The notes: generated by a model not told the origin, from the letters alone. Counted from the stretch's first letter, positions 22,965 through 36,166 are shown. The stretch is DNA of 64,000 nt from Sphyrna mokarran (GCA_024679065.1 JAGIQG010000008.1:68634001-68698000); one strand, 5' to 3'. Translations and numbers: made by a program.

Positions 22965-25700
22965 GAGGAGCTGAGGTGTGTCTATTTTAATGCCAGGAGT
23001 GTAGTAAATAAGGTAGATGAGCTTAGGGCGTGGATTGCTGCTTGGGAGTGTGATGGGGTGGCCATTACAGAGACTTGGTTGTCTCAGGGACAGGACTGGG
23101 TACTTCAGGTGCCGGGATTCAGGTGCTTCAGGAGGGAGCAAAAGTGGAGGTGGTGTGGCACTGTTGATCAGGGACAGTGTCATGGCTGTAGAGAAGGTGG
23201 AAGACGGGGAGGGATTGTCTACGGAGTCTCTGTGGGTGGAAGTTAGGAACAGCAAAGACTCGATAACTTTGCTGGGTGTATTCTATAGGCCGCCCAACAG
23301 CGGCAGGGAACTTGAGGTGCAGATAGGGAAACAGGTCCTAGACAGATGTAAAAATAACAGGGTTGTCATGATGGGAGATTTCAATTTCCCAAACATCGAC
23401 TGGAATATCCCAAGGGTAAGGGGTTTGGATGGTGTGGAGTTTGTAAGGTGTGTTCAGGAAGGTTTCCTGACACAGTATGTGGAAAAGCCTATGAGAGGAG
23501 AGGCTGTACTTGACCTGGTGCTTGCTAATGAGCCAGGGCAGGTGTCGGATCTCACGGTAGGTGAGCATCTTGGGAATGGAGATCATAATTCTATCTCTTT
23601 CACGATAGCAATGGAAAGAGATAGGATCAGGCAGGCTAGGAAGGTGCATGTCTGGAGTAAGGGGAAATATGAAAACATTAGGCAGGTAATTGGACGCATA
23701 AACTGGAAGGAGGTGTTCTTGGGGAAGAGTACAGAAGGAAAGTGGCGGTTTTTCAAGGAATGTTTGTATAGGGCACTGCAAGACAACGTTCCGAGGAGTC
23801 AAGGAGGTTCTGGTAGGACGCGGGAACCGTGGTGCACGAAGGTAGTGGTGAACCTAGTTAGGAAGAAAAAAATGGTATATAAAAGGTTCAGAGAGCTAGG
23901 GGATGTTAGGGATCTAGAGGAGTATAAGGTGTGTAGAAGGGAACTTAAAAAGGAAATTAGGAGAGCCAGAAGGGGTCATGAGAAGGCCTTGGCAGTAAGA
24001 TTAAGGAGAATCCCAAGGCCTTCTACAAATATGTGAAAAGTAAAAGGATGAGAAGAGAAGGGATAGGGCCTATAAAAGGTGAAGGGGAAAAGTCTGTGTG
24101 AATCCGGAAGAAATGGCAGAGGTGCTTAACGAGTACTTTGCCTCGGTATTCACGGTGGAAAGTGAACTGGGAGATTGCACTGCAGGTTTGCGGCATACGG
24201 AAAACATCGATTTTGTGGATGTTAGGAAAGAGGATGTGTTAGACCTGTTAAATTCTATCAAGATAGACAAGTCGCCAGGACCAGATGGGATGTACCCCAG
24301 GTTATTGTGGGAGGTGAGGGAAGTGGTTGCAGAGTCCCTGGTGATGATCTTTGCGTCGTCCATGGAAACAGGAGAGGTTCCGGAGGATTGGAGGATTGCG
24401 GATGTGGTTCCTATCTTTAAGAAAGGGAACAGGGTTAGTCCAGAAAATTACCGACCGGTGAGTTTGACTTCAGTGGTTGGTAAGCTGATGGAGAGGCTTC
24501 TGAGGGATAAGATATATGAACATTTGGAGAAGTTTGGACTGATTAGAAATAGTCAGCATGGTTTTGTCAAGGGCAGGTCATGCCTTATGAGCCTAGTTGA
24601 GTTCTTCGAAATGTGACTGAACACATTGACGAAGGAAGGGCAGTGGACGTAGTGTACATGGACTTTAGTAAGGCGTTTGATAAGGTCCCACATGCAAGGC
24701 TTCTGGAGAAGGTGAGAGGGCATGGGATCCAAGGGGCTTTGGCCTCGTGGATCCAGAACTGGCTTGCCGGCAGAAGGCAGAGAGTGATTGTGGATGGGTC
24801 TTGTTCTGCATGAAGGTCGGTAACCAATGGAGTGCCCCAGGGATCTGTTCTGGGACCCCTGCTGTTTGTCATTTTCATAAATGACCTGGATGAGGAAGTG
24901 GAGGGATGGGTTAGTAAGTTCGCCGACGATATAAAGGTCGGTGGTGTTGTGGATGGTCTGGAGGGATGCCAAAAGTTGCAGCGGGACATAGACAGGATGC
25001 AAGACTGGGCGGAGAAGTGGCAGATGGACTTCAAGGCAGATAAATGTGTAGTGGTCCATTTTGGCAGGAATAATGGGATGAAGAAGTACAATATAAGGGG
25101 TAGGAGTCTTAGCTGTGTTGTAGAGCAGAAGGATCTCGGGGTCTGGGTTCATAGGACTCTTAAATCGGCCTCGCAGGTGGAGGAAGTGGTCAAGAAGGCG
25201 TACGGTGTACTGGCCTTCATTAATCAAGGAGTAGAGTTTAGGAGTCAGGAGGTAATGATGCAGCTCTATAAGACTCTTGTCAGACCCCAGTTGGAGTATT
25301 GTGCGCAGTTCCGGTCGCCTCATTATAGGAAGGATGTAGAGGCAATTGAGAGGGTTCAGAGGAGATTTACAAGGATGCTGCCTGGATTGGGAGGCAGGCC
25401 TTATGAAGATAGGTTGAGGGAGCTGGGACTCTTCTCACTGGAGAGACGTAAGTTGAGAGGTGACCTGATAGAGGTTTATAAAATGTTGAGAGGAATAGAT
25501 AGGGTGGACTCTCAGAGACTATTTCCCCGAGCTGAAATGGTCACTACGAAAGGACACAGATTTAAGGTGCAGGGAAGCAAATACAAAGGAGATGTCAGGG
25601 GTAGGTTTTTCACTCAGAGGGTGGTGAGTGAATGGAACCGACTCGGAGGTTGTTGAGGCAAACTCACTGGGGTCTTTTAAGAGACTTCTGGATGAGTATA
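22965..25700 (+). pseudogene. CR1 ORF2 (APE endonuclease plus reverse transcriptase), frameshifted
   Basis: YFNARSVVNK, ITETWL, FYRPPN, MGDFNFP, DHN; NYRPVSLTS, QHGF, YMDFSKAFDKV, PQGSVLGP, FADD; frameshifts near 23135, 23995, 24090, 24610 and stop at 24811-24813. Confidence 0.95.
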
Positions 25701-25919
25701 TGGAAAAGAATAGGATAGGGGGTTATAGATAGGTCTGTGGATTGGTAGATGTGATAGGCGCAACTCATGGGCCGAAGGGCCTGTTTGTGCTGTATTGTTC
25801 TATGTTCTATGTTCTATAATGTTAAAAAAATGCACAATATTAGTCAAACATGACCTGCCCTTCATGAACCCATGCTGTGTCTTCCCAATGGGACAATTTA
25901 TATCCAAATGTCTTTCAGG

Positions 25920-27900
25920 TGCAGCTGCTGGGGTTGGCAGCTGGAACTCACCACCTGTCCACTCCAGGGAAAACAAAGTAATTGTCCTATTAAGTGTACA
26001 CAGCTTCTCATGTATCTTTTGGATGTTGCACTCTGAGCAGACTAATACAGTCTACTGAAGGAAGCCTGCACATTATCCACATTGAGGCGCTGCTCTTTAA
26101 GCCTCTTTAAGTATTGCTGCATGTGTCTCTCCATGTGATTGGTCAATCTCTCATGATCAGAGCTCCATGATCAGAGCTCCAAATTGTCCTGCAGTTGAAC
26201 ATTGGAACAATATGGAGCTCACAAACTCCTCTCTTCAGAGTCCAAAGGATCCCATTGCTTCAAAAAATTCCACCAGACGTCTACACCCCTGTTCCTGATT
26301 GGGCAAACACTGTTCCCCAAAACGTTATCCCTGAGGCTTCATGTTCTTATTCGCTGGAGCATCATTATGACATTCCTCTTTCTCTGATGAGGACTGTGGC
26401 ACAGATACCTCTGACTCAGCAACCTCCTCCTGCACTCCTCCTGTGCCCTACATCCTGTGCTACAATTCTAAAGTTACACTATACCCCTCCAATGTGGTGG
26501 TATCTGAGTTGGTTGAGTGTGAGTTAGTCTGATGTGACACTGTATCCTTGGACATCTCACCTCCTTTTGATGTCTCAGAAGTCTGCCCTAGGTGGGGTCA
26601 AGGGTGGCAGAGAGCAAGCAAAGCATGTAAGGCAAAAAAGTGCTGTAGCCCTTACTCGAGTAAAAGCACAACGCTTGTGCCTTAACCATGCTGATGTTGC
26701 CCTCATGATGCAATTCCATCCTTGAACTTCCTCTCATTCCAACTTCCCAGCAAAATAACAATATGACCTCCACTATCACCATCATGTGTTAAGGTAATTT
26801 CATTGCCTCCTTTATCATCAGCTACTGGAGATTCACCATCACCAACATACTGCTCTTCAGACACCCTGCTAATCTCCATGGCTATTTGTTTCACATGTGT
26901 AAGGACCTCAGATAAGTTGGTTCCCTACAGTCAAGGCCATTGCTGTTGCATTCTTCGCCCTTTTGCTCTGCAATGAAAACAAAAATTTCTGTTAATTTTA
27001 TATATAGTGTTTGCAGAAATACTGTTTCCCACTATGTCTGTGCAAGACTGTGTCTATTCACTGTTTTGTATGCACTACATTAGCTGTTTACAAATACAAG
27101 ACTCATAGCTTATTGGACTCTTCCTTTGAACCTGTGTCTTTGAGCCAAGCTGCTCACAGAATGCAGCTGGCCACTGAAACTTTTGTTGAATCCACAATTT
27201 CTGATGATCTCTTAGCTGCAACACTCATCACAGGGCCAATTTCTACTCAGGCCTTCTGGGTTATGGCAGATGGATTCTAGTGCTCAGCAAGGTTTATAAC
27301 TGTTTGTCCTGCTGGGCCTCTGCACTAAAACTTGCAGATCTTGATCTGAGATATTTGCCACATGGCTCCTGCGTGTGACATTCTATTAATGAGAATATAA
27401 AGAGTCATGAGCAACTCAGATCACATTGCTCTTATTCACTTTTGTGTGCTTACATGCACTGACGATTTTTTATCATTTTATTAATGGGGAGAGAATAATT
27501 CCACACATATTCTTGGTGCCATATATGTTGTGGCTGTGACACCAAAGTGGAATGTTGTGATCAGCTATTGCTGACTGCCCTACTGACTTACTGCCTCTTT
27601 GTCAAATTATTAGACCATGACAGTGTGCAGATGTCAGTGACGTGGTTAGGCGTCCACAGTGTGGGTGTATCCTGATAGATGGGTGTCAAGAGGACAAGTG
27701 AATGGCATAATGAGCATGGAAATATTAATCATTTATCCACTGAATCTAGCCAACTAACTACATCACTACATATTATCTGCACCAGATACTGCTGGCAAGT
27801 CAATTCCATCTCCCATGGCTGTATCTTGAGATTCCACAAAGTGTTTTAGTTCCATACATTTTTTGACTAAATGGCAAAAATGATAATTCTGCCATACAGA
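25920..27900. mobile_element. Possible Harbinger-derived decayed segment
   Basis: Weak resemblance near 27730-27835 to HARBI1-type HSxNxQL..PGxxHD..ILR coding; otherwise not resolved. Confidence 0.3.
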
Positions 27901-28074
27901 AAACCCATGGTAGGCCACTGATTCCTGGGTCGGCTAACAGTTGGACAATTTTCACAACTTTGATGCTCAGCTGTAAACACAAAGACATCTTCTCCAAGGT
28001 TCAGGAAGTGTAGCATTTGAAGATCAACTTCTCAAACAGATCTTTCAAAAGGGGCTCAAGTTACCCAAGCAATA

Positions 28075-28137
28075 TATATGATCGGCATAATTTGTGGGCC
28101 GAAGGGCCTGTTTGTGCAGTAGTGTTCTATGTTCTAT
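28075..28137 (+). mobile_element. Short CR1 3' tail insertion
   Basis: GTGGGCCGAAGGGCCTGTTTGTGCAGTAGTGTTCTATGTTCTA. Confidence 0.75.
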
Positions 28138-28769
28138 ACCAGGTATACCTCCATCTCTTTTCTTATTCGGGGGTTTCCTGGCCTGACTTTAAATCTGAAC
28201 TAAAATACTCAAGACACAGCCATGAGATGACCCACTATCATCATCCTTGTCCCTTCACCGCCAACCAAATGTTGCAAGCTTCGGCAGATATTTTTAAAGG
28301 TCAGGTTTACGAAGATAGGAATTCTTCTAACACTGCATACCGAACACAAGAATGAAATTCTAGACCTAAATAAATGTTTTCAAAATCAATGATTTAGATA
28401 GATTATATATGGCACTGTTCCCTGTGGCAGAGTGTTGGTAAACAGCAAATACAGTTTTAAGATAATTGACAAAAGAAAATCAGGAGACATTTCTAATGCA
28501 ACGAATTAGAAATGTTTTAGTGATTGTAAGTCACTAAAATTAATATGTTGTAAGACAGAGGATCCTGAATCTGGACTACCTTTCTGTATAGCATGGCGCA
28601 TGAGATTGACAAGAGTCATGAATTAATTGATTTGCGGCAATTGGTGAGGCAATCAACAAGATACCTCATCCTTGCCAATTGACCTGCTGCAGTTGTGTCA
28701 GTCCATTACAGTTTCAAGACCTCTGCACAGTCCTTATAGAGACAAAATCTTGTCTTCACATTGAATATA

Positions 28770-30420
28770 CTCTCCATTATGTTGTATTATTTGACCAACA
28801 TCCTAAATGGATAGGTTTTGAACAGATCTAGGAACTCAAAATTGACATCCATGAGGCGCTTTGGGCCAACAGCAGCAGCAGAATTGTACTCAATCACAAT
28901 CTGTCACCTCACGGCCCAACATTTATCCCACTCTACAATTACCACCAAGCCATGGCATCAAATCTTGTTCAATGAAATAAACAAGAGGGCATGCCAAGGG
29001 CAGCACCAGACATAGCTAAAAATGAGGTGTCAACTTGGCAAAGCTACAACACAGGAATACTTGCATGTTAAAAAGCAGAAGCAGCATTTGGTAGAGTTAA
29101 GTAATCCAACAGCCAGAGGATAAGAACTAAGATCAGCAGTCCTGCCACATTCACATCACAAATGTCAGTCATCAAACAGTTCAATTCACTCAGCGATATC
29201 AAGAAACAGCTAAAGGCGCTGAGTACTGTAAAGACTATGGGCCCTGACAATATTCCAGCAATAGTATAGGAATTTGTGCTCTAGAGCTTGCTGCGACCCT
29301 AGCCAAGCAATTCCAATACAGTTACAAGGCATCTACCGACAATGTGGAAAATTGTCCAGGTGTATCTTATCAAAAGAAAAACAGGATAAGTCCATTCCAG
29401 CCAATTACCAGCCTATTAGTATATTCTTGATCATCAGCAAAAGGAGTGACGAGAGAGGTTGTTGAATATACTACCAAGTGCACTTGCAGCAACTGCCAAG
29501 GCCATTCAGCTCCTGTTCTTATGAAAACCTTCAGCTCCTTCATCAACAATCTTCCCTCCATTCTAAGGTCAGAAATGGGGATGTTTGATGATGAATGCAA
29601 AAACATTCAGCACCATTTGCAACTCCTCAGATACTACTCAGACCATGTCCAAATGCAACAAGAATTAAACAATATCCAGGTTTGGGATAATTAATGTTTA
29701 TATGATGCAAGTGCCAGGAAGTGATCATCTCCAACAAGAGAGAATTTAACTATCTCTGCTTATTATTGAAGTCCCCGCTATAAATATTCTGGACCACTGA
29801 ATAGAAACAGAACTGAACCGGCAATATGAATACTGTGGCCAGAAGAACAGGTCAAAGGTTGGGAATTCTGCGACAAGTAACTCATCTACTGTCCACTATG
29901 TACAAGGCACAAGTCAGAAGTCTGATGAAATACTCTCCACTTACTTGGATGAAGGTAACTCCAGTGACACTCAAGAAAATTGAAACTATCCAGGTCAAAG
30001 CATTTCACTTGATTGGCACCCCATTTACCACCTAAAACAGTCATTCCCTCTATCGCTGAAACACATTATGTACTATACTTTGAAAACGTACTGTACTTCT
30101 AAGGCTCCTACAACAATGCTTTCCAACACCTAACCACTTCCACCTCCAGGATTAAGGGCAACAGATGCATGGAAACACCAATACCTGCAAGTTCCCCTCC
30201 AAGACACACATCAACTTCATCTGGACCTATATCACTGTTCCTTTGCTGTTGCTGGGTGAAAATCTGGCACTCCCTTCGGAACAGCACTGTGTGAGTACCT
30301 ACAACACATAGACTGCAATGGTTCAAGAAGATGATTCATCTCCCTTTTCCCAAAGCAATAAGGGATGAACAATAAATATAGGCCTAACCAACATTGTTCA
30401 CATGTCATTAAACACTTTTA
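28770..30420 (+). mobile_element. Decayed CR1/L2-group LINE (RT to 3' end)
   Basis: ANYQPISI, FSSFINNLPSILRSEMGMFDDEC, MYKAQVRSLMKYSPLTW. Confidence 0.85.
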
Positions 30421-30451
30421 AAATTATAAGATTATAGGCTCATCCTAACCC

Positions 30452-30768
30452 ACGGGGTGGCACGGTGGCACTGCTGCTTCACAGTGCCGAGGACCTGGGT
30501 TTGATTTCCAACTTGGGTCACTATCTATGTGGAGTTTATACATTCTCCCCGTGTCTGTGTGATTTCCTCTGGGTGTTCTGGCTTCCTCCCTTAGTCCAAA
30601 GATGTACAGGTTAGGTGGATTAGCCATGCTAAATTATCCCTTAGTATTAGGAGGATCATGTAGGATAAATGCATGGGATTATGGGAATAAGGGCTGGCTG
30701 AGATTGTGGCCAGTGCAAACTCGATGGGCCATATGGTCTCGTTCTGCACTGTAGGATTCTATGATTCT
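30452..30768 (+). mobile_element. HE1-like SINE
   Basis: GGTGGCACGGTGG..GCTGCTTCACAG..GTCCAAAGATGTACAGGTTAGGTGGATT..CR1-like tail GATTCTATGATTCTA. Confidence 0.85.
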
Positions 30769-31754
30769 AACCTCCAGCGAGTTTTGTGTGGACTGGGCAC
30801 AGGATGAATGAAAAATGCATTTGAAGTCTTAATTTTGAGGAACAAGGTACTTTATAGCATGGGCTTCAGCTGTGGCCCACAGGTTAACATCAGAGGCAGT
30901 GAAAAAGGGGCAAATACTGATAGGGTAATGAACCTGTTTTTGGCCTCAGATTAGGTCCTTCTGCTTTGAACTTTAGACATAGGGCTTGATTCTTAGGCAG
31001 ACTGTGGACATTCTTTAATATCTGCTTGACACTTGTTTATTAATAATACATCTGAATAGATTACAGGGTAAGCACATAGCCTGCAGGCATGATTCCAATC
31101 TTTCTCTAAAGTCTAACATATAACTGACTATTACAGTGATGTATCGTCATCTCCGTCAAACATTAGCATACCCCAGCTGTTAATCCTTTACAGCTTTATT
31201 GGCCAATCATTCACTTTCATTTGTGTGAGTCAAGAAGCAGTGATAATCAATCTCTGTCTCTGTATCAGGTTGTGTGCTGCATCTAAGGAACATGTTAATA
31301 TGAACACAGAGACATTATATTGCCCAGAAAGACCTCGATAAGGCTTGCCACGGATGTTTTCTCCTGGTGTATTACACATACCTACAAATGATAGGAAATG
31401 AGAACCTGCCTTAAACACTATCAATATATCAAATCCACAGACTGATCATTCAGGAATAAATCAATTCCAATGATTCACTCCTGCCAGACAGCTGACCTTA
31501 ACTCCTAGGCTGTTTATATTGCTATTTATAGCAAAACTGTTAAGGTTAAGTAGAGGATAATCCCAATTGGGCTGAAGATTGAGCTTGCCTGATATTCACA
31601 GGACTTTAGGTTTAATGGTGGATTGGAAACTGCCAAGCCCTTTATCAACAGATAAAAATAATGTGAACCTGCAATGAACCTGCTGAGTAATAAAATATCC
31701 TAAGATACTTCACACTGGCTAGGGAGACTTGAACATGAAAATGGAGAAAAGCTA

Positions 31755-32100
31755 GGAAGTTGACCAATGCAATACTGAGAGGGTGTTGCTCAGTTGAAGA
31801 TGATTCAAACGTTATTCAGATCAAACATTAAGCCAAAACCCTGTCTGCCCTCTTAGACAAATATAAAAAATTCTTTGCCACAATTCAAAGGTGAGCAGTT
31901 CGGCCTGGTATCCTGACCAATATTTATTCCTCATCCAATATCCCTCACATTTGGTCGTGGTCATATTGTTGTTTGTGGGAACTTGCTATGCATAAATTGT
32001 TTGTTGTATTTCATACATTACAAAATGGTTACTGTTCAGAAGTACTTAATTGGTAGTAAAACACTTTGGTAACAGTTTCTATAGAAATGTAAGTCTTACC
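31755..32100 (+). mobile_element. DeuSINE-like SINE fragment
   Basis: TACTGAGAGGGTGTTGC..CCCTGTCTGCCCTCT..CCAATATTTATTCCTCA..GAAGTACTTAATTGG. Confidence 0.65.
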
Positions 32101-32324
32101 TTTTTTAGTCAAAAAGGAGCCTGAGGAAGCTATCGAAAATACAGTGAGATGAAGCAAAATTGATTTTTGAAAAAAATCATTCTTGGGATGTGGGCATCAT
32201 CATCTCCATCAAACATTAGCATACTCCAGCTGTAAGGCTATGCTTAGTTGCCCTTCAGCTACTGGCAGTGAGCTATCTTCTTGAACCTGTGCAGCCCATG
32301 TGGAGAAGTTATTAGGTGAGTTTT

Positions 32325-32590
32325 TTAAGTTTATTTTTTAGTGTCATAAGTAGGTACATTAACACTGCAATGAAGTTACAGTGAAAATCCCTTAGTCGCC
32401 ACACTCTGTCGTCTGTTCAGTTACACTGACAGAGAATTTAGCATAGACAATGCAGCTAACTAGCACATCTTTCTGTGAGGCTGTGTGAGGGCACCGGAGC
32501 ACCCGGGGGAATCTCATGCAGACACAAAAAGAAGATGCAAACTCCAAGCCAGGAATTTAATTAAGGTCCCTGGTGGCAGCACTGTGCCAG
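32325..32590 (-). mobile_element. SINE (HE1-related), reverse of the 36848-37110 family
   Basis: ATTAACACTGCAATGAAGTTAC..GAAAATCCCTTAGTC is the reverse complement of 37040-37082. Confidence 0.8.
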
Positions 32591-32984
32591 GGAGAGTAAT
32601 CCAATGACGATGAAGGAAATGTGGTAAATATTCACCATTTCAGGATGGTGTGATTTAGAGAACAATTTGGAGTTTGCAGCGATTCCATGTGTTTTCTGGC
32701 ATCTAGGTTTTGGTGTCTGTCTGTAGGGATGTGTAAACATCTGTGGTTGATTGTGTAAGTGTGCTTATCAGTGAAGTCTTTTTAAGACAATCACTATAAC
32801 ACAATCAAGCACACTGACAATCCATACGAGTTGATTCCAGCTAAATATTTATAAGGACCCTACAAGGATCCTTATAAATATTTCCTACTGTTTCAGCAGA
32901 GGAAGAAGGTATAGCAATGGATTGCAGCATTTCAAGACAGCGCTTTATTTCGCTGAGGCCTCCCTAGAGCTGATACTGGAGCAT

Positions 32985-33310
32985 AGGACATAGGAGCAGG
33001 AGTAAGCTTTTTGGTCCTTTGAGTCTTTCCGCCATTCAATAAGATCAAGATTGATCTGGTTTGGTCTCAGCTGCACTGTCCTGTCTGCCTCCATAGCCCT
33101 TAACTTCCTTGTCTATCAAAAATTTATCTCTGTCTTCAATAAATTCAATGATATAGCTTCCACTGCTTTCTGGGGAAAAGAATTCTACCCACGAACAATC
33201 CTCAAAGAAAAAGTCTCCTCATCTCTCTCTTTAAAGGGTGATCTCTTACTCTGAAGCTGCAACCCCTAATTCTAGTCTTCTACTATAAATGGAAACAGCC
33301 TCCTGGCACC
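32985..33310 (-). mobile_element. CR1 3' end fragment
   Basis: CATAGGAGCAGGAGTA..GCCATTCAATAAGATCA..TGGGGAAAAGAATTC. Confidence 0.7.
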
Positions 33311-33399
33311 TGCTCAATATAGTTATAAGGGTTCACAGGGAAATTCTTTTCCCCATTGGCAGGAGACAGAAGCCACAAAGGACAAGAAGGTGCAGCTAG

Positions 33400-34240
33400 A
33401 AATCATCTGAGGTGGTGAGCAGCAGAGTGTGGCCCCAACTCCTGGATGCAGATTTAATGAACATTGTCGATGAGGTCTAGAAAGATATGTGTCCTAGCAC
33501 ATATACCATTGTGAGTCCAACTCTAAACGTTCTCACTCTGCTTTCCCATACCTACTCCTTGCACATCATTCTTCTTAGCATCTTATCTTGCAGACACACA
33601 TATTCATCCTCACATTCCCATCTGACAATCTAACACCAATCTGACCTTCAGTTTAACACAATGTCCACCTATCCCTCACAATGAGCCTTGATGAATGTTG
33701 CCCGTTCCAATGCATTTCATTACTCTCATTCATAGATCTCTTCTCCTCGCCTCTTGCAGGAAAAGCAAGTGCAGGATTCCAAGGAGAGACAGAGAACTAG
33801 AGATCCCTTTCCAGTTACCTCCGCTGCAGAGGAAAGTGCACTGGAGAGAGGTCGATTCTCAGCATGTCTGGTCAACAAAGAACAAGAAATAGGGTTCTCC
33901 CAGTTACCTGATGACCAAATTAATTATCAGACGGTCACCTGGTAAATAACACTCACTCATGCTTGATGTCAGCAAATGCTGTAAGATACTTTGAACACAG
34001 TGATGACTAAGCACCATTGACATCAACAACTCTAATCCATGCCTTTCAACTCACCGCAGATCCTTCAACCTTCCCTAAAAGCTTTTGCAGGAGGAGGATG
34101 AAGATTCCTCAAAGGTGATCAGTCACTCTGGGGAAGCACTGTCACAGAAATATAGGAAGAGAAGCAGGTCATGCTGGATGGGAAGGCAGTGGGCTAGCCA
34201 CCCATCATATTTTACTTGACTCACTGGTGAAAATGTACCC
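33400..34240 (+). mobile_element. Possible Harbinger Myb/SANT-gene relic
   Basis: AP..DADL..IVDEV-like coding near 33430-33480, then intron-like pyrimidine tract ending TTGCAG; organisation parallels 56310-57000. Confidence 0.35.
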
Positions 34241-34644
34241 TAAAATCAGCTCCAGCAAGTTCAGAGAGGAAGTTAAAAAATAAATTAGAAAGGCAGAGGG
34301 AGAGTGTAGGGAGAAACTGGCAGCTAACAGAAAAGAGAATATAAATATCTTCTTTAAAAAGAGTAAAGCAAATAGGTAGTAAGATGAGAAATTAAATCAT
34401 TAGGGATCAAAAAGCGTATCAATGGATGAAGGCAGAGGGCATGGCTGAGATATTAAATGAGTATTTTGCATCCGTCTTTTCCAGACTAAAATCATAGTGA
34501 AAGGGGCATTATTTGAGAAACTGGATGGGTTAATAGTCCATCAAAAGGGAGGATTAGAAAGGGTGACTGGATCCAAGGATGCTGAGAGAAGAGAGGAAAT
34601 TGAAGGGATTGTGGCCATAATCTTCCAATCTTCCTTCAGATATT

Positions 34645-34820
34645 CACCTCAGTGCAGTGACCCTCCAGATAATCCACCTTAGTACACTGACCCATAATCA
34701 TCTCAGTACACTGACCCTCCACATAATCCACCTTAGTTAAGTGGCGTTCCACATAATCACTGATTCTCTACATGATCACTTCAGTGTAGTGACCTTCCAT
34801 ATAACCCACCCCAGTAAAGA
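34645..34820. repeat. Diverged minisatellite, about 30-bp unit
   Basis: CACCTCAGT.CA.TGACCCTCCA.ATAAT repeated about 5-6 times. Confidence 0.75.
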
Positions 34821-35389
34821 ACTTGAAAATTATTCATCATATTACAGAGAAAGTCCAAATAATCAATCCCCAGTATGGATTCTCCACGTATTCCATCCTG
34901 GTACATGAACTTTCATTCCTATAAATATACTCCAAACAATGCACCCACATACAGGAACAGACTAAGTAATCAAGCCAACCTTGAAATTATCCATCCCAGT
35001 GTACAGAGGGGTTGCGAAATATTTATCCCCTCGCAGCGATCTTGCAAACAATATTTTCTAGCAGAGATCTATCATCTAATCACCTCAATACAGTGGCCCT
35101 CAAGGAGGTGGAATTTTCCTGACCCACCCACAACTTAAATCGTAACGGGCAGGACATGGACCACACAAAGGTCTGTTGACCCCAGGTGGGATTTTCTATC
35201 TTTGTGGCAAGCATGGCTGAAAAATCATGTCTACTAACTCGTATTGCTCTGGAAAGTTAAACTTTGAAATTTGATGAGTGAAGGAATTTTAAGCCTTTTA
35301 ACGGATGATTTATTTTAAAATTTAGCTTAACTGCACTGTTTATAATTAGGTGACTTGCTAGCTTTCGGCCTTTGTAGCCTTAGTTTATT

Positions 35390-35473
35390 ATCAAATAAAT
35401 TGGTTGGATTTAAAATTGGTGTTGTCAGACCTCTTACTGAGTTTACCCCAGTCCAATGCCGGCATCTGTACAT
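35390..35473. mobile_element. Penelope-like terminal repeat fragment
   Basis: Reverse-complement similar to 53655-53740 (GATGCCGGCRTTGGACTGGG..). Confidence 0.7.
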
Positions 35474-36007
35474 TATAATTAGGTGGACAGTAAAGACTAG
35501 CAATTATTAGTAAGAGGTCTTTGGAATTTCTGCTAATATAAACAGAGGAGGCTTTTGCAAAAGCTAATGGTGCAAATGGCATGGTGTTCAGCTTTACGAA
35601 GCATTACTTCTACAGGGTACTCAACATGGGGAATCCAGTACAATGAAAGAAGAGATGGATGTACTGTTTTGTATTTTAAAAATACAAGGAGAGATCCAAG
35701 AAAGGAAGCAGCTGACATAAGAGCAGAAGTCTAGATCCAATCATTAAAATTAATAAAGTAATCAGAGTACTAACTATATTCCAAAAGAGAGAATAGAGAT
35801 TTTTAGTTAGTCAGAAATGGCAGCTGAGATCTACTACTTCCAAGTCTTGTGCTATGTGGGAATTTCAGGCTTTACATGTATTCAGTGGCCTCACATATCT
35901 CTAGATGCTTGACTTCTAGCTTGAGGTTTCAGACAGTATCAGGGCGGATGACAACTTCCTGGATCTTACATTCCAGAAAGTGGCCGTTCATAGGCAGAAA
36001 GGCTTCA

Positions 36008-36166
36008 TGTTAGTAGATAGGTGCATATTTTCAGGTACATATCAAGTAAAGTTATGAAGACATGATATAACATGATAATTTAACATGATATAACATGATG
36101 ATTTATAACATGACAATTATCGTGTTAGTAGATAGATGCATATTTCAGGTACATATCAAGTAAAGT
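36008..36166. repeat. About 45-bp direct repeat flanking an (AACATGAT)-type expansion
   Basis: TGTTAGTAGATAG.TGCATATTT(T)CAGGTACATATCAAGTAAAGT at about 36008 and 36123. Confidence 0.85.

Larger units (their letters stand above)
22371..25815 (+). mobile_element. Young 5'-truncated CR1 LINE (partial ORF1, ORF2, 3'UTR with (GTTCTAT)n tail)
   Basis: Long ORFs, retained CpGs, tail TTGTTCTATGTTCTATGTTCT; ATAA at both junctions (22367-22370, 25816-25819). Confidence 0.95.
21262..25912 (-). mobile_element. Older CR1 (pieces 21262-22370 and 25816-25912) split by the young CR1
   Basis: YLRKDILALEGMQRRFTRLI; FTIYIDDL..SKFADD; DVAYLD; continues after 25816 with GRSCL-encoding reverse sequence (AAACATGACCTGCCC). 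Confidence 0.85.

Noticed and set aside
24553-25323. 256-aa minus-strand ORF and other antisense ORFs over 22800-25300
   Set aside because: Antisense shadows of CR1 ORF2; no independent motif
26150-26181. CATGATCAGAGCTC repeated twice (and a similar short duplication at about 16695-16735)
   Set aside because: Ordinary micro-duplications with no further structure
34645-34820. About 30-bp repeats resembling a CRISPR array
   Set aside because: No unique spacers, degenerate units, vertebrate context, no cas genes
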